Below are positions 1-11,600 of a stretch of DNA of 64,000 bases, piece by piece (the first letter of the stretch is position 1; each line of letters opens with the position of its first letter). The notes beneath the pieces were generated by a model. It saw nothing but the letters and a program-made list of their open reading frames with translations, was not told the DNA's origin and did not search any database. The position numbers were made by a program, and so were the translations under genes. Origin of the DNA: Eledone cirrhosa (Eukaryota); NCBI GenBank assembly GCA_964016885.1, contig OZ024741.1:342798001-342862000 (forward strand). Reading direction: 5' to 3'.

Positions 1-21
1 TTTCAATATATGTATGTGTGT

Positions 22-897
22 ATGTTCTTCTGGTTTTATAATTCACAAATTTTTGCCAAGAGTCAGTTACTAACATAGATACAAGACTCTCTCATTGGAA
101 TTTGTGAAGGCGTATGGCTTAGTGGTTAGAGCATTGGGCTTGCAATCGAAAGGTTGTGAGTTCAATTCTCGGACGGGCTGATGTGTTGTTTCCTTGAGCA
201 AGACACTTTCTTTCCCGTTGCTCCAGTTTACTCAGCTGTAGAAATGAGATGATAGGACTGGGGTCCCTATCATTAAAATCACCCAAGACACCTCCAACGA
301 GATATACCTTGGAGGAGGCCAGCTAAACCTGCATAGGTGTGAGCTGTCACACACACATTGGAATTTACACAACATCAACTAGGTAAATATTTATGCATGT
401 CTGCATGCATGCGCGTGTGTGCAGGTATGGATTTTATTGTATGGGTGGATGTGTATGTTTTGAGCTGTATGTGTGCATGTACATACGCTTTGTATCTGTA
501 CATGTGTATATGCAGTTATTAGATGCAAAATGTTTGGAATGTTTTACATGTTTTTACTGTTCTATTAATGGATTGTACTTGTAATTTCCTAACTAGTCGT
601 GTTCTTTCTGTTTCTGTGAAACGCAGCGTCTGGAGATTTGTAGGCAGTTACTAACATACCCCAGTGCCCCAATAATCACAGGCATAAATCTGAAGGTATA
701 GTCAGGGTGGAGTATCTGGAGATTTCTCATTAGTTCTGCATTAATATTTTCCTTTTCGCTAATCTTTGATATTATATTGGCATCTGCTGGGCAGCTAACT
801 TCAACTACTGTGCATGCCTTCTTTTCCCTGTCCCTTATCATTATATCTGGTCTGTTACGTCTGCATTTTATTCCACCAGTACTCTTTTATATTATGC
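22..897 (-). mobile_element. R4/Dong-like non-LTR retrotransposon, family A, 5'-truncated 3' end (REL endonuclease remnant and 3'UTR)
   Basis: ORF 593..841 '[29 protein letters not shown]' is the PD-(D/E)xK REL tail. Sequence is similar to 3204-3830 and 6322-6633. Bordered by TATG-type repeats. Confidence 0.85.
104..355 (+). mobile_element. tRNA-derived CORE-type SINE with 11-bp TSD
   Basis: Box A 'tggcttagtgg', box B 'gagttcaattc', CORE-like 'ccttgagcaagacact' and a (CA)n tail. TSD CATTGGAATTT at 93-103 and 356-366; the empty site is visible in the paralog near 6400. Confidence 0.9.
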
Positions 898-944
898 ATA
901 TGTATGTACACCCCCCCCACACACACTCACACACATATATAAAT

Positions 945-1040
<96 letters not shown>

Positions 1041-1126
1041 GCACACACATATATTTATATATATGTATATATATATATCTACATATGTATGTATATATAT
1101 ATGTATATATATGTATATATATATAT

Positions 1127-1335
1127 AATAAATGAAGAATTAGAAATAGAAGCCAGGAATATTCGTCATCAGTTGTCTACTAGCCATCATAGGTATTTCT
1201 TCGCATTACAGACCATATACCTCAAGCTAGGGCGATACAATAACTAAATTAAGTTATTGGGATAAAAAGAGTTGGGTGGAGAAAGAGAGACAGGTAAATA
1301 AACACGAATGGTGAGGCATAATTCTTCATTTATTA
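1127..1335. mobile_element. Small element with 17-bp terminal inverted repeats inside (TA)n
   Basis: taataaatgaagaatta ... taattcttcatttatta. Carries an orphan CTGATGA on the minus strand (~1166-1172) with no GAAA partner. Confidence 0.5.
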
Positions 1336-1479
1336 TATATATCCCTTTTGCAACAACACAGCTCGCCTTTTTTCATTCATATATGCTTTCCCCATTAAAT
1401 GTAATCTGAGTTTTTCGAATATTAATAATTGTTTCTACTTTAGGCACAAGGCCAGCAATTACCCAGTGCATTACAGTGC

Positions 1480-1788
1480 ATTAATAATATCATTCGATTC
1501 GTTTGCAATTACGCAAACAAGCCTCAATTTTATAGCCATGTCAGTAGAATGAACACATTCTTCCTCTTGTTTGGCAGGTGAACAGAACTGCAGACACTAA
1601 TGTTTCTGGGTATCACCCTTCATCAGTACAGCTCACTGTTCACCTGCCAAACTGTCAGAAACATTAATGTCTGCAGTTCTGTTCACATGCTAATACAAGA
1701 GCAAGAATGAAGGGTTCATTCTACTGACATGGCTATAAAATTGAGGCTTGTTTGCGTAATTGCATACGAATCGAATGTTATTATTAAT
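1480..1788. repeat. Foldback (arms ~130 bp) PLE-type element containing a hammerhead
   Basis: 1480-1608 is the reverse complement of 1656-1788 with few mismatches. Followed closely by (TA)n. Confidence 0.85.
1585..1634 (-). ncRNA. Type I hammerhead ribozyme
   Basis: GAGCUGUA-CUGAUGA-A GGGU GAU ACCC A-GAAAC AUUAGU GUC^-UGCAGUUC. Stem I is 8 bp and is extended by gtttggcaggtgaacag/ctgttcacctgccaaac. Confidence 0.9.
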
Positions 1789-1803
1789 ATTCGAAAAACT
1801 CAG

Positions 1804-1839
<36 letters not shown>

Positions 1840-2191
1840 AACCGCCCGTCCCCTCAATCTATCTTATTTCTCATTCTTTCTTCTGATAAAGGAAACGTTA
1901 AGACCCTCTTCCTGCTATATCAAGCGTTATTTTAATATATACCTTCCATATACCTTCCATATCCCTTCCACTGTATCGATAGGGTTGTTATTTCTGTTAA
2001 CCTTTTACATACATATATATGTATATATATATTAGTATCAGTGCTCTGAAATAGCGATGTATGTATGAATGTATGTATAGTATATTTGATAATATACTGT
2101 ATGTTTATTTTAAAACATTTTGAAGACCATTGGCTATGAGTTATAAAGTAGTGACTATGTCACTTACTTTGTCTCGGCAAAAAACAAAGGG

Positions 2192-2240
2192 AAGCAACCG
2201 ACTGCTGTTTCTCGTTTGTTAACGGTTATCAACATTGCTT
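2192..2240 (-). ncRNA. Hammerhead ribozyme, U3-A8 core variant
   Basis: Reverse-complement copy of 2464-2511. Confidence 0.7.
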
Positions 2241-2463
2241 ATCCCTCCGCTTCTGCCGAGACTTATAGCAGTTGGATTCTTATAGAATTCCAGTGATGTT
2301 TAAGAGCTGATTAAGCATTCATACATACATCGCTATTTCAGAGCACTGATACTAGTTTCTAACTTTTGCTGGACCGGCAACTACTCTGCTTAATCAGCTC
2401 TTAAACATTACTGGAATTCTATAAGAATCCAACTGTTATAAGTCTCGGCAGAAGCGGAGGGAT

Positions 2464-2511
2464 GAGCAATGTTGATAACCGTTAACAAACGAGAAACAGC
2501 AGTCGGTTGCT
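2464..2511 (+). ncRNA. Hammerhead ribozyme, U3-A8 core variant
   Basis: GAGCAAUG-UUGAUAA-C CGUU AACA AACG A-GAAAC AGCA GUC^-GGUUGCU. The first stem I pair is a G.G mismatch. Confidence 0.7.
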
Positions 2512-3203
2512 TCCCTTTGTTTTTTGCCGAGACAAAGTAAGTGACATAGTCACTACTTTAAAACTCATAGCGAATGGTCTTCAAAATGTTTTTAAATTAA
2601 CAGACAGTATATTATCAAATATACTATACATACATTCATATATATATATACCACATACCAAACCTTTCTTAGTAATTGAATGTTCGTCCTTTTTCATTTT
2701 CCCCTTTACCCCCATATATCTAACTCCTCTTTCTCCCGTTACTTTTCACTCCCTGTCTCTCTATTTCTAACAAGTTCTTTTCTACTCAACTAATTTGAAT
2801 AGAATGTATTCCCATCTAGTTGTTACCACAATGCAATATGAACGCCTCTAACTAATCTGAAAACTTGGCTCTCGCTCTCTTAGCTGTTAAGTACATAAAT
2901 ACATATGTTACTACTATTAGCTGGGCAGGACGTTAGAAACTTCGAGCGACGTAACATAGAATTGCTTAATAAGCTGTCACGTCATATACAGAAAAATATA
3001 TACATTCATGCTATTCTTTACTTTCTTTTCATGCTAAATCATGTCTGATGGTCGGCAAATATGCACGAACACTTATGTATGTATGTATGTATGTATGTAT
3101 GTATGTATGTATGTATGTATGTATGTATGTATGTATGTATGTATGTATGTATGTTTGTGTGTGTGTATGTATGTGTGTGTGTATGTACGTGTGTGTATAT
3201 GTA

Positions 3204-5569
3204 TGTTCTTCTGGTTTGATAATTTCACAAATTTTCTTTCCCAATAAAGAGAGAGTCGGTTTCTAACATAGAATTGGAATTTACACAACATCAACTAGGT
3301 AGATATGTATGTATGTCTGCATGTGTAGATATGGATGTTATTGTATGTGTGGATGTGTATGTTTTGAGTTGTATGTGTGCATGTGTATATGCTTTGCATC
3401 TGTACATGTGTATATGCAGTTATTAGATGCAATATTTTTGGAATGTTTTACATATTTTTTCTGTTCTATTAATGGATTGTACTTGTAATTTCCTAACTAA
3501 TTATGTTCTTTCTGTTCCTGTGAAGCCTAGCTTCTCAAGATTTGTATTGAGGCAGTTACTAACATACCCCAGTACCCCAATAATCACAGGCATAAATCTG
3601 AAGGTGTAACAGGGTGGAGTATCTGCAGATTTCTCATCAGTTCTGCATAAATATACCTCCTTTTCTCTAATCTTTGATATTATATTGGTATCTGCTGGGC
3701 AGCTAATTTCCACTACTGTGCATGCTTTCTTCTCCCTGTCCCATATCATAATATCTGGTCTGTTATGCATTTTATTGGGGTTTTTACTGGAACATTCCAC
3801 CAGTACTCTTTCATATTATGTACATGGATGTCTTCCACATTGCTGTAGCTTTTAATGTGTTTATTATCGGGGCTATCTTTTTTACGAACTGCATTGTATA
3901 GTGTTTTGGCCACTACATCATGCCTCATAGGTAGATAGTACCGCGATGACATCTTTGGATAGCTGCTGATGACAAGGGTGATATCCTCGATGTTAGTTCT
4001 TCAGAGTTTGCACTTGTTATCACATTTAGGGGTTTTGCCTGCATCCCTATCTCTTTTGTGAATCCGGTATTTCGTGTTAATCTCCTGTTCTTGGATTGCG
4101 AAAGTGTATCCTTCAAAGTGGGAGCCAATATAGCGGTTGTTGGTCCAAGATAGACTATTTTCCTTATCTATATTACTCTCACTCTGGAGCTTCCTGGCAA
4201 CATATCCATGCATGATTTTTTGCTGATAAGCATGCAGTTTTTGATCCATGGATTCATTGCGATACTGCTGAGCGACTTCCCTGGGTGTGAGTTTTTGATT
4301 ATCACACAGGGAATATCTCTCGAGGAGTTCCTTCCCAACTCTCATGATCCTATCTGTTTAATGCAGATAGACTTGCACGAGAAACGGGCTCCTACGCTTT
4401 GAGGTTCGTAGATGTTGTCGGAGAGATATGATGCGACATTCAAATGTTGTCTGGACTGATGTTAGGCCTCTGCCCCCCCCCCCCCTCCTGCTTATGTTTC
4501 AAGTAAAGGCGGTCTATGTCACTGTTGATGTGGAAGTTTCCGGTATTGTTTAATATTTTTCGAGTTCCAACATCAACTGCTCGGATTTCGACTATCGTCC
4601 AATTGAGTATTCCAAGCGTTGGTGTTAGGTCAGACACAGCAAACACATTGTGAGCCACTGTTTTGTTTTGCGCAGAGAGTTCCGACGACCAGATCTTTCT
4701 TAATCGGGTGTAGTATTCCCTGGTCACGCGTTCTTTATTACAGATACCATTATAGGATATGTTCTCATCTATCCCCAGGTATCTGTAGCAGTCCTCATCA
4801 GATATCGGTGAAACAGTTAGGCCATTGCTGACAATGTTGCTAGATTGGGTTGTTGTTTTTCCCCGCTTTACAGTCATGTATGAGCATTTATCTTGGCCAA
4901 ACTCCATTCCTATATCCTTTGAGAACGTTGTAACCAGCTCAAGATTTTTCTTCATCCCATCCATGTTCTTGGCATAGAGTTTCAGATCGTCCACAAAGAA
5001 ATTATGGGTTAGGTTCGTATTTCTGTCCTCCTGTGAGCCAATGATGTATCCCTCACATTTCTTGAGCAGAAAGGACAAGGGGTTTAATGACAAGATGAAT
5101 AATATCACAAAGAGACTGTCCCCCTGAAATATACCCCTGCAATATTTTATTTTATCAGTGAAAATAGAGTCCTCCCTCTCTGTCTTTAACCTGAGGATAG
5201 TAGCCCAAGAGGAAGACAGCTTCTCTATGGCTCTGACAATAATGTCTGGGACTTTAGCAAGTTGGAGGGCCTCGATCATCCAAGTGTGGGGAACAGAATC
5301 GAAAGCTTTCCTGTACTCCAGCCAGACTGTAGCCATATTCCTCCTAAGGACGTCGCACCTCCGACAGTTTTGTTGATTAGGAGTTGTTCAGCACATCCCA
5401 AACCCATTTCTTTCCAGCTGCTTGTTCATCTGTGATGGTGTTATTATTTTCACAGTGATCTTGGAGGAATAGGTTCAGGCTGGCTGTATACATCTTATAC
5501 ATCAGGTTCTGGCATGCAATGGGTCGGTAGTTTTTGCCAAGTGGGTGTCTTTGTTCTTGGTGACCAGTA
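3204..5569 (-). mobile_element. R4/Dong-like LINE family A, 5'-truncated, frameshifted (RT, CCHC, REL)
   Basis: Motifs NYRPIAC, WLEYRKAFDSVPH, GIFQGDSL, FFVDDLKLY, YRYLG, FAIQEQ, RHD and HNRPDIMIWD..VVEISCP. Both ends abut (TATG)n. Confidence 0.93.
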
Positions 5570-5640
5570 ATGTATGTATGTATGTATGTATGTATGTATG
5601 TATGTATGTATGTATGTATGTATGTATGTATGTATGTATG

Positions 5641-6167
5641 GCAACCCCACCAAGGTTTCTTGGTGAGGAGGGTGACCTTGGACATCGTGCAGGACTAAAA
5701 ACAAAACCTGTCAATGGGCAAAGGAGCTCTTAAGAGTCAATGGCCATCCAAAATCACCGGGAGAGATGACCCCTTAGCCTTTGTCAAGGCAGAATTCTAG
5801 GAGAAGGAAAACTCTGATATAACACCTGCAACCCTGATGGTATCCAATGATGTTGACTTGTTCTTCTTTTTTGTAAATATCATCTTGGTTAAGAGAGTGG
5901 GACTGGCTTTATGCAGTGCCTTTGCTCACTATAAAAGCTTCACGGCACAGGCATTGCTTTATATCTGGAGATCTCTCTGCACTTGTCGTCACATGGTACC
6001 ATAGGCCCAGCAATATGTGTCAATAATTGTCACAAGTGCAGTGTTTGTACCAGAGTTTTCAAGTCGCTGGCGGGACTAAAAAGTCACACTCGTTCAGCGC
6101 ATCAGTAGGGGTTCTCCTACATGGATATGAAGTAGTGGCCGTACTCGAAAACGAGTTGGCAGCCACC
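5641..6167 (+). mobile_element. Probable 5' UTR fragment of an RTE-type LINE
   Basis: GC-richer non-coding block between (TATG)n tracts. 'ggagaaggaaaactctga' resembles RTE 5' leaders (from recall, unverified). Confidence 0.35.
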
Positions 6168-6321
6168 ATGTATGTATGTATGTATGTATGTATGTATGTA
6201 TGTATGTATGTATGTATGTATGTATGTATGTATGTGTGTATGTATGTAGGTATGTATGTATGTATGTATGTATGTATGTATGTATGTGTGTATGTATGTA
6301 TGTACGTATGTACGTATGTAT

Positions 6322-6633
6322 GTTCTTCTGGTTTTATAATTTCACAAATTTTTTCCCAATAAAGAGAGAGTCGGTTTCTAACATAGACGCAAGACTCTCT
6401 CATTGGAATTTACACAACATCAACTAGGTAGTTTATGTATGTATGCATGCATGTATAAATATGGATGTTATTGAATGTGTGGATGTGTATGTTTTGAGTT
6501 GTATGTGTGCATCTGTATATGTTTTGTATCTGTACATGTGTATATGCAGTTATTAGATGCAAAACTTTTGGATTGTTTTACATATCTTTACTGTTCCATT
6601 AATGGATTGTACTTGTAATTTCCTAACTAGTTG
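6322..6633 (-). mobile_element. R4/Dong family A 3'UTR-only fragment
   Basis: Matches 3204-3500. Flanked by (TATG)n on both sides. Confidence 0.85.
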
Positions 6634-6686
6634 TGTCTATGTATGTATGTGTCTATGCATGTATGTATGTATGTATGTATGTATGT

Positions 6687-8545
6687 TTTCTCTTTCTCTT
6701 AATTTCGAGTATATTTTTTTTGACCGGCCACCTTCCTGGTGGCAAGGTTGTAAAAGAAAAGAAATTGTCATCCCTTGAATCGCAAGAATGTTTTGCATAT
6801 TTTGAAGGTGCCAGCTATCGCAGCCATTTGTAGACTATGAATTAGGGAGCTGCGCTTTTTGTCGGCAAATCCAAGTTCGGTCATACTTTGGGCCAAGCGG
6901 GTTGGTATATAACCCGTAGCACCAATAATGATGGGTATGAAGCTAAAGGTGTATCTTGGATACTGGATTTGTAAGCTCCTCATCAATGGTCCGTAGATGT
7001 CCTCCTTCTCCTGTATTTTTCTGACAACGTTTACATCAAGTGGGCAGCTGATCTCCACAACAGAACACGTTTTCAATGTGTGGTCCCAAACTACAATATC
7101 AGGCCGGTTGTGCTTTAATTTGGTGGCAGTTTTTATTTTCAGGTTCCACCAGTATTCCTTAGTGCCATCTGTCTCAATATATTCTTCCTCGTTTGTTGTT
7201 AATTTTGTTTTCCGAAGTGCGTTCCAGATAGTTCTAGCTATCCCATCGTGTCTCATGGGGAGGTAGTAGCGAGATGACATTCTTTCGCAGCTGGCAACAA
7301 TGTGGCTTACATCCTCGATCTTTGTTTTACATAGCCTACATTTATTGTCAGCTGCTGGCCCTCCTCTTTTGTGCAGCAGATATTTGGTAGGGAGTTCTTG
7401 TTCCTGTATTGCATAGAGATATCCCTCAAGGTGTGATGTCATAAACTTGTCTGAACTCCATGCCAGGCTTTTTGAGTGGTTTATCCCCTCTATGGTCTGT
7501 GTTTTACGCCTCAAGTATCCATGCACAACTTTCTCTGTAAATTGGTCAATTTTTTTTTCTTGTTTGAACATTGAATAGGATCTTCCGATTTCTCTGGGTG
7601 AGAGATTTATATCAGGCTTTATTCCATATCTCTCCTCCAGATCAGTCGCTATTCTAATGATATTTCTTTTTTCATGCTCATAAACCTGAGCAAGATGGTC
7701 GCCAACCTTTTTCCTCTGTTGAAGGTGTTGCTTCAGTGTTACTATCCGGGTCTCATATGTTGTTAATATTGATTTTAGACCCCGGCCACCTTCCTTGCGT
7801 GAGAAGTATAGCCTATCCACATCACCATTGATGTTAAAGTTCCCAGTAACACTGAGAAGTTTTCGAGTTCTAACATCCATCTCACTTAGTTCTTGTAATG
7901 ACCAGTTCAGTAGGCCAAATGTTGGCGTTAGAATTGGCACAGCATAGGTATTGTGGGCAATGTATTTGTTGTATGCTGACAGTTCTGATGACCATATTTT
8001 TTTTACTCTTCTGAGGTATTCAGTTCTGGTTCTCTCCTTATTTATGGGTCCATCATATCTGACATTCTCATCCTGTCCAAGATATCTGTAGTTGTCACCT
8101 GACTGCAGAGGTTGTATTGTCAGGCCGTTCATATCTAGATTTCTAGAGGAGGGCACAGCTCTTCCACGTTTTACTGCCAAATATGCACACTTGGACTCAC
8201 CAAATTTCATTTTGATGTCGGTTGAAAATTGTGTAATGAGGTCCAATTGTTTCTTGATGTCATTGATATTTGGCCCATACAACTTCAGGTCATCAACAAA
8301 GAAAAGATGGGAGATACTTCTGGGCCCACTTCTTTGTCCACCTTGTTTCCTGAGTAGGTAAGATAGTGGATTCAGTGAGAGAACGAAGAGTAGTACTGAC
8401 AAGCTATCACCCTGAAAGATGCCCTTCTGGTAATGTATCCTATCAGTCTTAACCTGCTCCTTCTCACCTCTAAGGATCAATTTGGTGTACCAGTTCTTGG
8501 TCAGGCGTTCAACAGCAGCTACTAATGGTTGTGGGACTTTAGCTA
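6687..8545 (-). mobile_element. R4/Dong-like LINE family B, 5'-truncated copy
   Basis: Near-identical to 8653-10505. The 5' junction 'ggactttagcta|tgtatg' has TA microhomology with the repeat. Confidence 0.95.
6768..8480 (-). CDS. Partial retrotransposon ORF: RT C-terminal half, CCHC zinc knuckle, restriction-like endonuclease
   Basis: 570 aa uninterrupted: GIFQGDSLS, FFVDDLKLY, YRYLG, CRLC..H...C, RHD, HNRPDIVVWD..VVEISCP. Confidence 0.9.
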   Translation of the reverse strand: MILRGEKEQVKTDRIHYQKGIFQGDSLSVLLFVLSLNPLSYLLRKQGGQRSGPRSISHLFFVDDLKLYGPNINDIKKQLDLITQFSTDIKMKFGESKCAYLAVKRGRAVPSSRNLDMNGLTIQPLQSGDNYRYLGQDENVRYDGPINKERTRTEYLRRVKKIWSSELSAYNKYIAHNTYAVPILTPTFGLLNWSLQELSEMDVRTRKLLSVTGNFNINGDVDRLYFSRKEGGRGLKSILTTYETRIVTLKQHLQQRKKVGDHLAQVYEHEKRNIIRIATDLEERYGIKPDINLSPREIGRSYSMFKQEKKIDQFTEKVVHGYLRRKTQTIEGINHSKSLAWSSDKFMTSHLEGYLYAIQEQELPTKYLLHKRGGPAADNKCRLCKTKIEDVSHIVASCERMSSRYYLPMRHDGIARTIWNALRKTKLTTNEEEYIETDGTKEYWWNLKIKTATKLKHNRPDIVVWDHTLKTCSVVEISCPLDVNVVRKIQEKEDIYGPLMRSLQIQYPRYTFSFIPIIIGATGYIPTRLAQSMTELGFADKKRSSLIHSLQMAAIAGTFKICKTFLRFKG

Positions 8546-8652
8546 TGTATGTATGTATGTATGTATGTATGTATGTATGTATGTATGTATGTATGTATGT
8601 ATGTATGTATGTATGTATGTGTGTATCTATGTATGTTTGTGTGTATCTATGT

Positions 8653-11600
8653 TATCTCTTTCTCTTAATTTCGAGTATATTTTTTTGACCGGCCACCTTC
8701 CTGGTGGCAAGGTTATAAATGAAAAGAAATTGTCATCCCTACTTTCGCAAGAATGTTTTGCAAATTTTGAAGGTGCCAGCTATCGCAGCCATTTGCAGAC
8801 TATGAATTAGGGAGCAGCGCTTTTTGTCCGCAAATCCAAGTTCAGTCATACTTTGGTCCAAGCGGGTTGGTATATAACCCGTAGCTCCAATAATGATGGA
8901 TATGAAGCTAAAGGTGTATCTTGGATACTGGATTTGTAAACTCCTCATCAATGGTCCGTAGATGTCCTCCTTCTCCTGTATTTTTCTGACAACGTTTACA
9001 TCAAGTGGGCAGCTGATCTCCACAACAGAACACGTTTTCAATGTGTGGTCCCAAACAACAATATCAGGCCGGTTGTGCTTTAATTTGGTGGCAGTTTTTA
9101 TTTTCAGGTTCCACCAGTATTCCTTAGTGCCATCTGTCTCAATATATTCTTCCTCGTTTGTTGTTAATTTTGTTTTCCGAAGTGCGTTCCAGATGGTTCT
9201 AGCTATCCCATCGTGTCTCATGGGAGGTAGTAGCGAGATGACATCCTTTCGCAGCTGGCAACAATGTGGCTTACATCCTCGATCTTTGTTTTACATAGCC
9301 TACATTTATTGTCAGCTGCTGGCCCTCCTCTTTTGTGCAGCAGATATTTGGTAGGGAGTTCTTGTTCCTGTATTGCATAGAGATATCCCTCAAGGTGTGA
9401 TGTCATAAACTTGTCGGAACTCCATGCCAGGCTTTTTGAGTGGTTTATCCCCTCTATGGTCTGTGTTTTACGCCTCAAGTATCCATGCACAACTTTTTCT
9501 GTAAATTGGTCAATTTTTTTATCTTGTTTGAAAATTGAATAGGATCTTCCGATTTCTCTGGGTGAGAGATTTATATCAGGCTTTATTCCATATCTCTCCT
9601 CCAGAACAGTCGCTATTCTAATGATATTTTCTTTTTCATGCTCATAAACCTGGGCAAGATGGTTGCCAACCTTTTTCCTCTGTTGAAGGTGTTGCTTCAG
9701 TGTTACTATCCGGGTCTCATATGTTGTTAATATTGATTTTAGACCCCGGCCACCTTCCTTGCGTGAGAAGTATAGCCTATCCACATCACCATTGATGTTA
9801 AAGTTCCCAGTAACACTGAGAAGTTTTCGAGTTCTAACATCCATCTCACTTAGTTCTTGCAATGACCAGTTCAGCAGGCCAAATGTTGGCGTTAGAATTG
9901 GCACAGCATAAGTATTGTGGGCAATGTATTTGTTGTACGCTGACAATTCTGATGACCATGTTTTCTTTACTCTTCTGAGGTATTCAGTTCTGGTTCTCTC
10001 CTTATTTATGGGTCCATCATATCTGACATTCTCATCCTGTCCAAGATATCTGTAGTTGTCACCTGACTGTAGAGGTTGTATTGTCAGGCCGTTCATCTCT
10101 AGATTTCTAGAGGAGGGCACAGCTCTTCCACGTTTACTGCCAAATATGCACACTTGGACTCACCAAATTTCATTTTGATGTCGGTTGAAAATTGTGTAAT
10201 GAGGTCCAATTGTTTCTTGATGTCATTGATATTGGCCCATACAACTTCAGGTCGTCAACAAAGAAAAGATGGGAGATACTTCTGGGCCCACTTCTTTGTC
10301 CACCTTGTTTCCTGAGTAGGTAAGATAGTGGATTCAGTGAGAGAACGACGAGTAGCACTGACAAGCTATCACCCTGAAAGATGCCCTTCTGGTAATTATC
10401 TTATCAGTCTTAACTTGCTCCTTCTCACCTCTAAGGATCAAATTGGTGTACGAGTTCTTGGTCAGGCGTTCAACAGCAGCTACCAATGGTTGTGGGACTT
10501 TAGCTAACTGTAAAGCCTTAATAATCCACCCATGAGGTACACTATCAAATGCTTTTTGATAGTCCAGCCACACCACAGTCATGTTCCTGCGATTCTTTGT
10601 TGTTTTTTCCTGAATCATTTTGTTGGTTAGTAGGTGATCTATGCAACCCCACACCTCCCTCTTTCCACCAGTTTGCTCAGGTGTTATGATGTTGTTGGTA
10701 GCACAGTGATCCTGTAAGAACAGGTTAAGGCACCCAGTATATAATTTATACATGATGTTTTGGCAGGCTATTGGGCGGTAATTTTTAGCAAGGGTGGTTT
10801 GGCTATTTTGGGGAATGAGGAGAGTAGTGGCAGTTGATAACCATCTGGGCAGTTCTTGTGTGCCTTTAATGGTTTCTGTAAACAGCCGTATGAGATTTTG
10901 CCGATAGAAAGTGAAATTCTTCAACCTGTATCCTGTAACGAGGTCTGGGCCTGGCGATTTCCTATTCGACATTTTCTGTAGAGCTGTTTCCAGTATTGAT
11001 CCATCTATGTCATATTGTTTTGTCTGGACATGTTGGCAGTAGTCCTGTTCCAGTTCTTTTAGCCAATTAGTTTGTCTGTTGAATTCGTCATCCGTTTCCC
11101 ATACAGATCTCCAGTAGCTCTCAACCTGTTCTTTTGAAGGGGTGTCATTTACAGGGATTGAGCTTTTGCCACCGAAGCTGCGATAAACTGATTTAGGATA
11201 TCTGGCAAACAATCTATTTAGCACCTGTCGTTTATGTGCTGTTGACTTATATTTTAGTCTTTCTGCTGTAGCTGTGAGTTGTTTCAACTGGTGTAATTTG
11301 GAGTTCAAAGTTTTAAATTTTGTATCTCCAAATCATCTCTCTAACTTTTTTTTAGGTCTTCCTGGTGTCGTGTGAAGTTGCTCTCTATGTTGCATTTCAT
11401 AACGACTGCGATGTGTGAGATACTTCGTCTCAGGGACAAAATTTTGCTTTTTAAATTTCGCATCCACGCTGGTTCAGGCTTTCTGTTTGTATCTTGATTG
11501 CGTGGTTTTAGATGTGTGTTATATGATAGCAATGTGACAGCTGAAACATATAACAAAATATTAAGCGTTTCAAATGTCGTTTCTACACCTTTAGATCGTA

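Larger units (their letters stand above)
2032..2640. mobile_element. Inverted pair of ~320-bp retrozyme-like units related to the 25.4-27.1 kb array
   Basis: 2032-2316 and 2317-2640 are inverted. Shares gctctgaaatagcgat, aaacattttgaagacc and ggaccggcaac with the 310-bp unit. Flanked by (TA)n. Confidence 0.85.

Noticed and set aside
104-180. tRNA genes (also at ~20995, 44600, 46400, 51490)
   Set aside because: These are A/B-box SINE heads continuing into SINE bodies, with no intact cloverleaf.
3040-3080. Hammerhead-like CTGATGG...GAAC
   Set aside because: Two core positions are mutated and stem I is weak. At best a relic.
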